27,626 nt of DNA, taken from the NCBI GenBank assembly GCA_029838215.1, contig JALGVI010000040.1:1-27626 (forward strand), given 5' to 3'. The translations under genes and the position numbers were made by a program. This stretch comes from Candidatus Helarchaeota archaeon (GTDB lineage Archaea > Asgardarchaeota > Lokiarchaeia > Helarchaeales > RDOG01). Below, in pieces: positions 7,959 to 16,563 of this stretch. Below the pieces are notes generated by a model. That model worked only from the letters and a program-made list of their open reading frames with translations, made no database searches and was not told the DNA's origin. The stretch's first letter is position 1, and the number at the start of each line of letters is the position of its first letter.

Positions 7959-8701
7959 ATAATTATCGATTGACCATCGTTCGGGAAGATTATCTTTCCA
8001 TCATAAACCGATTCAATTTCTTCTCTCATTTCTTTTTCAGGATCTCTAACATGAGGTAAAAAATGAATGGGAATTAACATGCGTGCGTGGGCATCACGTG
8101 CAATTCTTGCCGCATCTAGTGAACAACTATGCCCGTATTTGTGAAGCCACTCGACCTGTTTTGCAGGTCCAGAGGTTTCGTGAATGAGAACGTCACATCC
8201 TTGAGCCAATTCAACCAAACCATTAAATGGTTGAGTGTCGCCGCTGTAACAGATGCTCTTATCCAAGTCAAGCCTGAAAGCGAGAGTCGGGATGCTGTGA
8301 CGGACTTTTAAAGCAGAAATTGAACCATTTTTCTCAATTTTCTTACCATCGATCTCATGGTATTTAATTACATAACCAAAAGAATCGATTGGTGTCTTAG
8401 TTATTTCGAATAGAGTCTCGATTGCACTCCTGATGCCGACAGGTCCATGCACGTCTAATGGACGCGTTCTTTGTTCACCTAACCAGAACCGCCAAACAAG
8501 AGTCAAGAAACCTGCAAAATGGTCCGGATGCACGTGTGAAATGAGTATCGCTTTAATGCTTCTCAATTTCGTGAGATTTAAAAGTTTTTTTGTGGTTCCT
8601 TCAGCACAGTCAATGAGAATGGAATCATTAACCAAAATTGAAACGGGATCTCTCGATTGAGTTACAATGCTACCAGATGTCCCGAGAATGTCTATTTTCA
8701 T
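7955..8701 (-). CDS. Metallo-beta-lactamase fold hydrolase, RNase Z/ElaC-like
   Basis: LGTSGS, IDCAEG, SHVHPDH (HxHxDH), RHS, YSGDT, LIHE, GHS, IHF motifs. Confidence 0.8.
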   Translation of the reverse strand: MKIDILGTSGSIVTQSRDPVSILVNDSILIDCAEGTTKKLLNLTKLRSIKAILISHVHPDHFAGFLTLVWRFWLGEQRTRPLDVHGPVGIRSAIETLFEITKTPIDSFGYVIKYHEIDGKKIEKNGSISALKVRHSIPTLAFRLDLDKSICYSGDTQPFNGLVELAQGCDVLIHETSGPAKQVEWLHKYGHSCSLDAARIARDAHARMLIPIHFLPHVRDPEKEMREEIESVYDGKIIFPNDGQSIII

Positions 8702-8707
8702 GAGATT

Positions 8708-10210
8708 TCACCAAGAGTAATAAGGAATATTCGTCACATTTCTGAGACTCATTGTTAGTGGCTCATATACGTACACTTGGTTGTTTGGATTGAGGGTCGT
8801 ATTGGTGAGATTGTCAAATGCAGGAATGGAAAGGTCTTCAGCGCGGAAGTAAAGTCCCATAACCTTCTTGAAATCTCGGTGCCACATGTCAAATGCCGGC
8901 GTGTTATTACCATAAACGAAGTATTGCGTGATGTTGCACGTCTTGCCGAAATAAAGAAACATGCCGTGTTCAAAATATAGATCCAATACTCCCCAGTAGA
9001 AGGTTGTATAATCGGGCAGGTTGATGAGGTAAATCTCCTTGGTTTCAATGTCCGGAATTTCATCCAAGTAATCGAGCATGTTCAACGTCGTCCTGCTCAT
9101 CTGATTATATGCCGTCTTGTGACAGAGCATGAACACGGTCGATCCCGTTATCAGTCCGCTAATTAGGATGACCGAGAGATAGACCCTGCGGATGCGAATA
9201 TGCTTTACTTTTTTCAGCCATGCGAATAAAGAATAATCAAATCTGTCAAAAAACAGGAGAATCACGATTGGAAGAAAGAGAAGGGGTAAAAATAAAATGC
9301 GACTATTGGTGTGAAAGATGTATTGAAAGGCAAAAACGGCAGTCGATATGATGAAAAACTGCTTAATAGGATCCTGTAACCTTCGTTGAAAGATTTCGTA
9401 GCAAATATAAGCCATGATTAATCCAATTCCGATAAAGCCCAAGGTGATGGGATCTGTAAACATGGTGAGTGTTGAACTCAATCGTGGGTTGATGACGAAC
9501 CTATTCAGCAAGAACAGCGCAAGAAGAGGGATAAAGGCTAAATAACACAGATTTTTCTTGATGAGCAGTTTAAAATTTGAAAATACCTTTGAAGTATCTC
9601 GAAAATCATAGCGTGCAATCTCGTAAATGGCGAATGCAACTGCCATGAAGAGTGCCGACTCCTTGGCGAGAAAACCGACTGTCGTGAATATAACTGCCAG
9701 ATAGAAGTTCAGAGCAGGTCGCTCCTTTTTAATGCGAGACTTTAGAAAAAAATAGGTGGCTGCCAAACAAAAAGCCGTGAATATCAGGTCAAAATAGGTG
9801 GAAATCCAAAAAATGACTTCATAATAAAACGATGCACAAAGAATGCCACCCATCACGCTCAAAAAAGGTGTGAGCCGGGATTTTGAAACCATTCGCGCGA
9901 TTAAATAAATCAAGACGTGATTTGAAATGAGTAATGCCAAACTCACGAGATGGTATGGTAATGGATTCAACCCAAAGACGTAATAGAGACTCTGAAGAAG
10001 CAAGAGCGGGATAGGGCGGTAATACTTGTTATTAAACCCCGAATAAAGAAACCAAAATGGTCGTTCAAGACCCATGTGAAGAAACTCTAGTTCATCACTT
10101 AATAAACAGTCAAATAAATTTGTCGAGATGATGAGCAGGTCAACCACGCAAATCAGGATGATGATGCAAATTGTTTCAACGTGGGACTTAAACCATTCTT
10201 TCGAAATCAT
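8708..10210 (-). CDS. GT-C fold membrane glycosyltransferase (ArnT/PMT-like)
   Basis: About 12 TM segments, an acidic SDE motif in the first external loop, YYRPI, LAKESA, and a sequon-rich C-terminal external domain. Confidence 0.65.
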   Translation of the reverse strand: MISKEWFKSHVETICIIILICVVDLLIISTNLFDCLLSDELEFLHMGLERPFWFLYSGFNNKYYRPIPLLLLQSLYYVFGLNPLPYHLVSLALLISNHVLIYLIARMVSKSRLTPFLSVMGGILCASFYYEVIFWISTYFDLIFTAFCLAATYFFLKSRIKKERPALNFYLAVIFTTVGFLAKESALFMAVAFAIYEIARYDFRDTSKVFSNFKLLIKKNLCYLAFIPLLALFLLNRFVINPRLSSTLTMFTDPITLGFIGIGLIMAYICYEIFQRRLQDPIKQFFIISTAVFAFQYIFHTNSRILFLPLLFLPIVILLFFDRFDYSLFAWLKKVKHIRIRRVYLSVILISGLITGSTVFMLCHKTAYNQMSRTTLNMLDYLDEIPDIETKEIYLINLPDYTTFYWGVLDLYFEHGMFLYFGKTCNITQYFVYGNNTPAFDMWHRDFKKVMGLYFRAEDLSIPAFDNLTNTTLNPNNQVYVYEPLTMSLRNVTNIPYYSW

Positions 10211-10341
10211 TAAAACATCCCCTTTTAATCAATCCTTTCTATTTCTGCGTGGTTTTTCGTTTAGTTTCCAAATTCAGAATCACTGAACCGATTCTCATCA
10301 GTAAGCATCATTTTAAAAATATCAATCAAGATTTTTCCTGA

Positions 10342-10818
10342 CTAGTTAATCCGAAATAATAAGTAATTAAAAAAGATACCTGCACAAATTGACAAACAGG
10401 AACTAACAAAATAAACGATTATAAGGAGAAAAACGGGTAGCCTGAAATAAATGGAAATACCTGCAAAGTTTTGCGGCAAGACGATGCTAAAAGGAAGTTG
10501 CAACCAAAAAATCAACGAAAAAATTGATGCACTCAATAAGTATATCTTCAAGATTTTTTTCTTCTTGATGATGGTGCTCGGTTCAGGCAACTCTGAAACA
10601 CGGACTATTTTCAACAGCAGATATGTGCTTCCAGAAATGCCAAATAGGTGTAATATGGTTGCGATCAAGTGGGGAACCTGAAGAGTCCAAAATTGGGACA
10701 CGTTCATTAAAATCGGAATAATCGTCACTAAATGGATGAAAGAGAAAAATCCGAAGAATGATAGAAGAAAAACTATTTCGACCTTGTTTTCTCGAACATC
10801 CTCACCCGAACCCAACAT
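10342..10818 (-). CDS. Hypothetical 4-TM membrane protein
   Basis: 158-aa ORF with four hydrophobic segments and a GAGGTGG RBS, directly downstream of the 10825-11535 gene. Confidence 0.6.
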   Translation of the reverse strand: MLGSGEDVRENKVEIVFLLSFFGFFSFIHLVTIIPILMNVSQFWTLQVPHLIATILHLFGISGSTYLLLKIVRVSELPEPSTIIKKKKILKIYLLSASIFSLIFWLQLPFSIVLPQNFAGISIYFRLPVFLLIIVYFVSSCLSICAGIFFNYLLFRIN

Positions 10819-10824
10819 ACCACC

Positions 10825-11535
10825 TCAAGTCAATGTAAAAATATTGTAACTGGCATATTCAGGCGATGAGTAATCACCGCCCCACATCGGAAGAACCGAA
10901 TCTGCTAGTGCTTTTGAATTGATTATTGCAGATCTATTTTGTAAACCTCTTGTTTGATAACTTGAAAATACATCGTCTGTCATCACGTCAAAATAAGAAT
11001 AATACTTGTAGGAACCGAGGATTTGGCATTGTATTGCGACATCCACGTTTCCACCTTCCCTACAATCCGCATAACCGACTAAATCACCACTTGATATGAT
11101 CATTCCCACGTTTAGGTTCCCTTGGACATTGACGTGAAACAATGTGACGAAAAACATTGGATTCAGCAATGACATGATAATAACGTGCTTGCCCCGAATT
11201 TCACCCGTCTGCAACTGGTGCGATTCATACTCAATGGTTACGATAATGCCGTCCGTTGGTGAGTAAATTGAGATGTTATCATTTGTATATCCATATTCCG
11301 ATTTCGGATTGAAATAATGCTTCATGCTCCTGTCATGCTCAAACAGATCGGAAAAATCATGTCCCATGTAGCTGCGAAACTTGGAAATCCATTCAATTTT
11401 ATCCAATTCAATGAAATCAGACGTGCAGATTCTCGGGGGTACCTGTGGGAATAAACTCATGGGAAATACCGTAATGAACATCAAACCTGCCAGAACACCT
11501 AATAAAATAAAAAATGCTTTGGTTTTTCGGTTCAT
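10825..11535 (-). CDS. Membrane-anchored/secreted protein with a degenerate peptidase M23-like fold
   Basis: N-terminal TM, then IYSPTDGII, GKHVII, TLFHVN, VGMIISSGDLVGYA in M23 order. The final HxH is replaced by NVD. Confidence 0.5.
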   Translation of the reverse strand: MNRKTKAFFILLGVLAGLMFITVFPMSLFPQVPPRICTSDFIELDKIEWISKFRSYMGHDFSDLFEHDRSMKHYFNPKSEYGYTNDNISIYSPTDGIIVTIEYESHQLQTGEIRGKHVIIMSLLNPMFFVTLFHVNVQGNLNVGMIISSGDLVGYADCREGGNVDVAIQCQILGSYKYYSYFDVMTDDVFSSYQTRGLQNRSAIINSKALADSVLPMWGGDYSSPEYASYNIFTLT

Positions 11536-11659
11536 CTTTCATTCCCGCAAATTTATTCTTGCACGTTTTACATGAAAATTATTTAATTCAAGATAGCTAT
11601 TTGCGATTAACGAATATTTTAGTATTTTCTAAAATTGGATTTGGAATGATCTCATAATC

Positions 11660-12877
11660 ATGAAGAGCATCAAGAATTTATTAATTGTTGGCTTTAATGC
11701 TCGTCCCATTGCCCTATCTGCACGAAGGGCTGGATTCAACGTGAAAGTAGTTGATTTTTGGGGCGACGTTGACCTCCTTTCTGTCATTCCTGATGCTTTC
11801 ATTGTATCAAAAGAGAGGCAAGAGCAAACTGAAAAAGTCCCAATCGCAGATCTCTTGGCCGAATCTGTTTTAGAAGTCTTAGGAGAATCGGAAATCAAGA
11901 CCGATGCTTTAATAATTGGAAGCGGACTCGACGACAGGGCTGACCTGTGGGAGAAGCTCAATAAACAAGTCCCTGTTTTAGGATGCGAACCCAATTCGAT
12001 TTCAAAAATCCGAAACCGCAAGTTGCTGGAAGATGCCTGTGAAGACCTGAAGATAAACTATCCACGAACCTACTCGGTCAGTGAGTGGACGGAATTGTCT
12101 AAACTAGCGGAAAGGTTAAAATATCCCGTGGTTGTCCGTCTACCATTCGGTGCTGGGGGTCAATTCATAGGACTTGCCAGGAACATTTCCCAACTGAAAC
12201 AAGTTTACAATTCTCTGAAGAAAAAAAATCCCGAGCCTTTTTTCTACTTGCAAGAATTCATTCAAGGGCGAGACGTGAGCACGACGATGCTATCCAATAA
12301 AAGAGAATATCGGGTTTTGTCATGCAATGAACAGCTTCTAAGCGTGGGTAGTGATGACATTTTTCCCTTTAAATATTCGGGGAATCTCATTCCTTTAAAG
12401 ACCACAAGTTCTGCCGTGGACGGGTTGGTTGAAGTGTCAAAAAGCATTTCAGCACGTTTTGGCCTTCTCGGAATATTTGGGATTGATTTCGTGCTGAAAG
12501 ACGATGAACCATGGCTAATGGAAATCAACCCACGTTTTCCCGGCACGTTTGAGCTCCTTGAAAAGGTCATTAGGATTAACCTGATGAAACATCACGTGGC
12601 CGCATGTCAGGGAAAAGACTTGCCCACGGTTCCTGAAATCACAAATATTGGAATGAAAAAGATCATTTTCGCACGCAATGACGTGCAGGTAGGGGATCTT
12701 TCAGGCATTAAAGGCATTTTTGACGTGCCATCTCCCAACACCTTCGTGAGGGAAGGAGAGCCCATTTGCTCAATTCAAGTAATCGGGAAGAACAGACACG
12801 AATTGAATAAAAAGGTTGAAAAAATCACTCGAACCGTGATTTCATATTGTAATGCTTTGATTTCGCGACTAGACTGA
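11660..12877 (+). CDS. ATP-grasp carboligase (COG2232-like; family associated with methanopterin/methanofuran C1 metabolism)
   Basis: VGFNARPIALSARRAG..VVDFWGDVDL N-terminus, LQEFIQG, GIFGIDFV, EINPRFPG. Confidence 0.78.
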   Translation: MKSIKNLLIVGFNARPIALSARRAGFNVKVVDFWGDVDLLSVIPDAFIVSKERQEQTEKVPIADLLAESVLEVLGESEIKTDALIIGSGLDDRADLWEKLNKQVPVLGCEPNSISKIRNRKLLEDACEDLKINYPRTYSVSEWTELSKLAERLKYPVVVRLPFGAGGQFIGLARNISQLKQVYNSLKKKNPEPFFYLQEFIQGRDVSTTMLSNKREYRVLSCNEQLLSVGSDDIFPFKYSGNLIPLKTTSSAVDGLVEVSKSISARFGLLGIFGIDFVLKDDEPWLMEINPRFPGTFELLEKVIRINLMKHHVAACQGKDLPTVPEITNIGMKKIIFARNDVQVGDLSGIKGIFDVPSPNTFVREGEPICSIQVIGKNRHELNKKVEKITRTVISYCNALISRLD

Positions 12878-12918
12878 GCAAAAAAATTCATCATGGTGTC
12901 TCAAGCATGATCTTTCGG

Positions 12919-14091
12919 TTATTTCCCCTGCATCCGTTTTTTTCTCCGTTCTTCTCGTTTTTTTCTTTTTTCTTCTTTTCTTCTTTTTTCTTCCTGAATG
13001 AGAATCGCTCTTTTTTCCTGTATCTTTTCGTATAGTTCGTTCATGTCTTGTGGAGGGACGTTTTCTTCTTCTTTTTTCTGCAACTGTATTGCATCTGACG
13101 GGCAGGCGGGAACGCAAACTCCGCAACCGATGCACCGATCCAGATTTACCTTGCAAATATCGTCTACGAGTTTAAGAGCCTGCATTTGACATCGCTCGAT
13201 GCACGTTCCGCATCCAACGCAAGAATCCTCATCCACTTGAGCAAAGAAGTTAGATGCGAAAAGTTCTACCGGTCGTGGAAAGATTCTCTTCCCGAGTAGG
13301 AGTCCGCAACAACATGCACAACAGCTGCAAATAAATTCTAACTCAATGGAATTGCTCGGTTGAAGTACCAATCCGTCCTCTTGATTCTGCCGCAGGATTT
13401 TCAGTGCTTCCTCCTTGCTGACGGATCGTCCCCATCCCTGATCGATGTATAGTTGACCGAGCAAGCCAAAACCAAAGCATCCCTCACGTCGATCCGTGAC
13501 CTTGCAGGGATTTCCCATTAAATCCTTAGAACTACGACAAATACAATTCGTGACCATTATTGGTCCATCATATTCTTTAATGAGCGTTTCAATATCATCG
13601 TAACTCGCCACTTTCTGTTCCGGCTTGATGCTTTGTTCAATCGGGATCGTGCGAAGCTGGGGGACTTTCGTGCGGAATAATTCCAAGGCATAACCTTCTG
13701 CGATGTATCGATAAACGTCTTTCATGAACTCTTCCGATAATCTTGCGACTTGGAATTCGAACATGCCTACTGCAAATAAAGCATTACCATAAAACTTCTC
13801 GTTACCTTCTTTTTTAAACAAAAGCGTGCCCTTGCTGACCATTTCATTTAATATCTTTTCTAATTCATCCTTTGAGTAACCCAAGTCTTTTATCCGCTCG
13901 AAAATGGCATCGATCGTTTCAGATGGAAACGGGGCATATTTTAATCTCGCGGCAATTTTAGCTTCTTCAGGCGTGAAAAGGTGTTTTAATAGACGTATTT
14001 CAACGCCTGACTTCGTGGCAGGAAAACCAATGGGCATTTTGTCAAGATGTTTTTGTAGCTCTCGATAAACATCTAATTCCTCAACAGTCAT
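12919..14091 (-). CDS. 4Fe-4S dicluster protein with N-terminal winged-helix-like domain and Cys-rich core
   Basis: LQKHLDKMPIGFP, NCICR, CSCCACCCG, CVGCGTCIERC, CIGCGVCVPACP, and a highly charged C-terminal tail. Confidence 0.8.
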   Translation of the reverse strand: MTVEELDVYRELQKHLDKMPIGFPATKSGVEIRLLKHLFTPEEAKIAARLKYAPFPSETIDAIFERIKDLGYSKDELEKILNEMVSKGTLLFKKEGNEKFYGNALFAVGMFEFQVARLSEEFMKDVYRYIAEGYALELFRTKVPQLRTIPIEQSIKPEQKVASYDDIETLIKEYDGPIMVTNCICRSSKDLMGNPCKVTDRREGCFGFGLLGQLYIDQGWGRSVSKEEALKILRQNQEDGLVLQPSNSIELEFICSCCACCCGLLLGKRIFPRPVELFASNFFAQVDEDSCVGCGTCIERCQMQALKLVDDICKVNLDRCIGCGVCVPACPSDAIQLQKKEEENVPPQDMNELYEKIQEKRAILIQEEKRRKEEKRKKREERRKKRMQGK

Positions 14092-14318
14092 TTTAAAGAA
14101 TTCAACTCCGGATTTCTACTTAAAAATTCTCTTTTAATCTCGAATTATAATTCTTTGCGATCAATTATAAGAATGAATCATGAGAAAAACGAAAAACAAT
14201 ATCTACTTTTACATGAGTTTATAATCCTCCGATATGTGTAAAAGCTTTTAAAAACGATGGGCACCATTCTTCAATGCTCATGGATTTTAAAGAAAATTCA
14301 TGAAGTCCGATAAATTAA

Positions 14319-16442
14319 ATGGAGTTAATAATTTTGCCAGATAGGAGATGGAATCTTAAAAATGCGGAAGTCGAGGTTTCTGGTGACACGATTATCGTTA
14401 ATTCTAAGATAAATTACAAGGATTTTGAAGCGGATTACAAGGGGTTCATTAGCAATTTAAGCGATGAAAGCCAAGAACACATTAAAAAGCTTTTCAAGAA
14501 AAAAAAGGTTCGGGAACAAACCCCAAGCGATGAGAGCATGTCGGAGTTAATCGATTTTTTTGACATGATCCAAAGGCATGAAGCCGCCGCTGATGCGATA
14601 ACAAGTGCCACAGAGACATCAGAAGTGGCAAGGTCGCAGGATACTGATTTGAGCGACGACCTCACGAATAAATTTGACATTCGAATTGGAGAGATTATCG
14701 ATTTAAAATTTAAACATGACAATGAATTAAGTGAAGCTGCTGTAACAGGCAGGCTATCAATAAAGAATAATGGTAATAAGCACAGGATTTGGGATATTGA
14801 TGTTGAACTTGAAAATCTTGAAAAGACCAATTTGGACGATGAAAAGATACACGTCTTGGATTTAGAACCTGAAGAAGAACATCTCGTGGAATATGAGGTC
14901 AAGACGGATGAAATTGATTCTCCCTTGACAATCACCGAAGAGATAAACGTGAATCCCGAAGGTGAAAAACCGACTCAAGTTTATGTTGCAGATGCAGAAC
15001 AAAAACCGATCATGTCGATTAAAATCAAGAACACGGGTCTTTCACCATTAAATAACATAAAAATCACGAAAGAAATTCCCGAATCATATGATTCCTATGA
15101 GATAGAGAGAAAAGGGTTAGGAACGGTCGAACAAGACCCCGACAAACTAACCTGGACGATTGACTCTCTGGAGTCTGAAGAAGAAACCGAGCTTGAAATA
15201 CAGTTGAGAATCACTCCAAGAGATAACGAGCCCATTAGTTCCGGCTCAATTTCTGCTTCTTATGAGATGCCCGGGAGCAGTTTTTCCGACATGAAAGTGA
15301 AATACGTCGATGGGTACACGACTAATATATATTATGTTGAATCCAGCGAACGGGACGAAGAACCCAATGTCTGGGATTGCAAGTTCATCTTTGAAAATCG
15401 ATCTGAATTTCCAATTAAACTCGTTGACGTGGACCTTAGAGCTGGAGATTATAACACGGAAGAACAGGTTGTTGATTTAGGACCGCAACTCGATCCAGAC
15501 GTGATACTCAAACCGAGTGAAGAGTGGACTTCTGAAACGTGGGAGATTTCAAGTGAAGATGTCCCCAAGTTTGGCTCAAATGTCCAATTCACGATCATTG
15601 GTGATGTAATCTGTCAATCTGTCGCAACGGTCCATATCGAGCCTATTTCAATGCCTGTTCTAACATTGACCGGCACAAAAGAATTCTCTGAGACTGTCGT
15701 TGAATCTTACAAGGAAACTCCGATTGATGCCATCACTAAGGTGCAGACTTCGGGAAGTGCTTCTATTGATAAATTTCACATCGAGGATACGATCCCGCAT
15801 ACTTTTGTCGTAGAAGAACCGGAAGAAAAAGTAGTGCTGACCGTCAACGGTAAAGAAATTCCTGCAGAAAAAATGAGGATCTCTTGGGAGCCTGAAGATG
15901 ACATTGAGAGAGATCGAAAGATGATCATTGACGTGGATGACGTTTTGGAGGAAGTTGGAGTTCTTGAAGATGATTCAAAGATTGAACTTACTTATCTAAT
16001 GAAAGTTGTAAACCCAAAACAAGATGAAGAATTCACGGCACCGATCACGTTCCAAGCGATTACAGACGATGGATCCATCATCGAGCTTCAGATTCCTGCA
16101 GAAGGTGAAGTGGAACCAACCATAACATTGAAAGTCGTTCACTTGCGCAGGAGAACTCGTGATGCACGTTTCATTCAAGCTGGCGATTCCAAAGGTGTAT
16201 ACAATATTTCCATCATTCACAAGAATCGCGGTGATGCTGCAGAAGAGAATAAGGTCTTTGAAGAAATGTTGCCCGAGAATTTCGAGTTAGTTTCTGCCGA
16301 TCCTGAACCAGAACAGGAAGAAAATAAACTAACTTGGACATTTGAAAAGATCGAACCTGACGAAGAGATTACAATTGAATATACGGTCAAGGGTACGGGT
16401 GAATATAAAGCCAGAGAAACACAAATCTCTTATAAAATCTAA
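14319..16442 (+). CDS. Acidic soluble multi-beta-sandwich protein with a probable Mu homology domain (AP mu/delta-COP-like) plus DUF11-like repeats
   Basis: Motif-by-motif similarity to mu-adaptin C-terminal domains over aa ~119-332 (see findings). No signal peptide or TM; very rich in D/E. Confidence 0.62.
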   Translation: MELIILPDRRWNLKNAEVEVSGDTIIVNSKINYKDFEADYKGFISNLSDESQEHIKKLFKKKKVREQTPSDESMSELIDFFDMIQRHEAAADAITSATETSEVARSQDTDLSDDLTNKFDIRIGEIIDLKFKHDNELSEAAVTGRLSIKNNGNKHRIWDIDVELENLEKTNLDDEKIHVLDLEPEEEHLVEYEVKTDEIDSPLTITEEINVNPEGEKPTQVYVADAEQKPIMSIKIKNTGLSPLNNIKITKEIPESYDSYEIERKGLGTVEQDPDKLTWTIDSLESEEETELEIQLRITPRDNEPISSGSISASYEMPGSSFSDMKVKYVDGYTTNIYYVESSERDEEPNVWDCKFIFENRSEFPIKLVDVDLRAGDYNTEEQVVDLGPQLDPDVILKPSEEWTSETWEISSEDVPKFGSNVQFTIIGDVICQSVATVHIEPISMPVLTLTGTKEFSETVVESYKETPIDAITKVQTSGSASIDKFHIEDTIPHTFVVEEPEEKVVLTVNGKEIPAEKMRISWEPEDDIERDRKMIIDVDDVLEEVGVLEDDSKIELTYLMKVVNPKQDEEFTAPITFQAITDDGSIIELQIPAEGEVEPTITLKVVHLRRRTRDARFIQAGDSKGVYNISIIHKNRGDAAEENKVFEEMLPENFELVSADPEPEQEENKLTWTFEKIEPDEEITIEYTVKGTGEYKARETQISYKI

Positions 16443-16448
16443 TTCATA

Positions 16449-16468
16449 TTTTCTTTTTTTCCTTTTTT
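16449..16468 (+). terminator. Oligo-T terminator
   Basis: TTTTCTTTTTTTCCTTTTTT starts 7 nt after the stop at 16442. An A9 run at ~16533-16541 would serve the convergent gene. Confidence 0.55.
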
Positions 16469-16563
16469 CATGTTTATAAATCAATCCTGTCAAGGATTCT
16501 GGAGAGCGATTTAAGATTCAGTCTTGGTGAAATAAAAAAAAAAGATTTTATTGTTTTTTAAAA

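Noticed and set aside
11612-11639. ATTTTAG-N6-CTAAAAT inverted repeat with dif-like geometry
   Set aside because: Only 7 of 11 positions pair, it is AT-rich, and it sits in a promoter region; chance or an ordinary operator is more likely.
14142-14250. 12-bp palindromes GAATTATAATTC and TAAAAGCTTTTA in the divergent promoter region
   Set aside because: They are AT-rich, unrelated to each other, and not repeated elsewhere in the window; no regulator is nearby.
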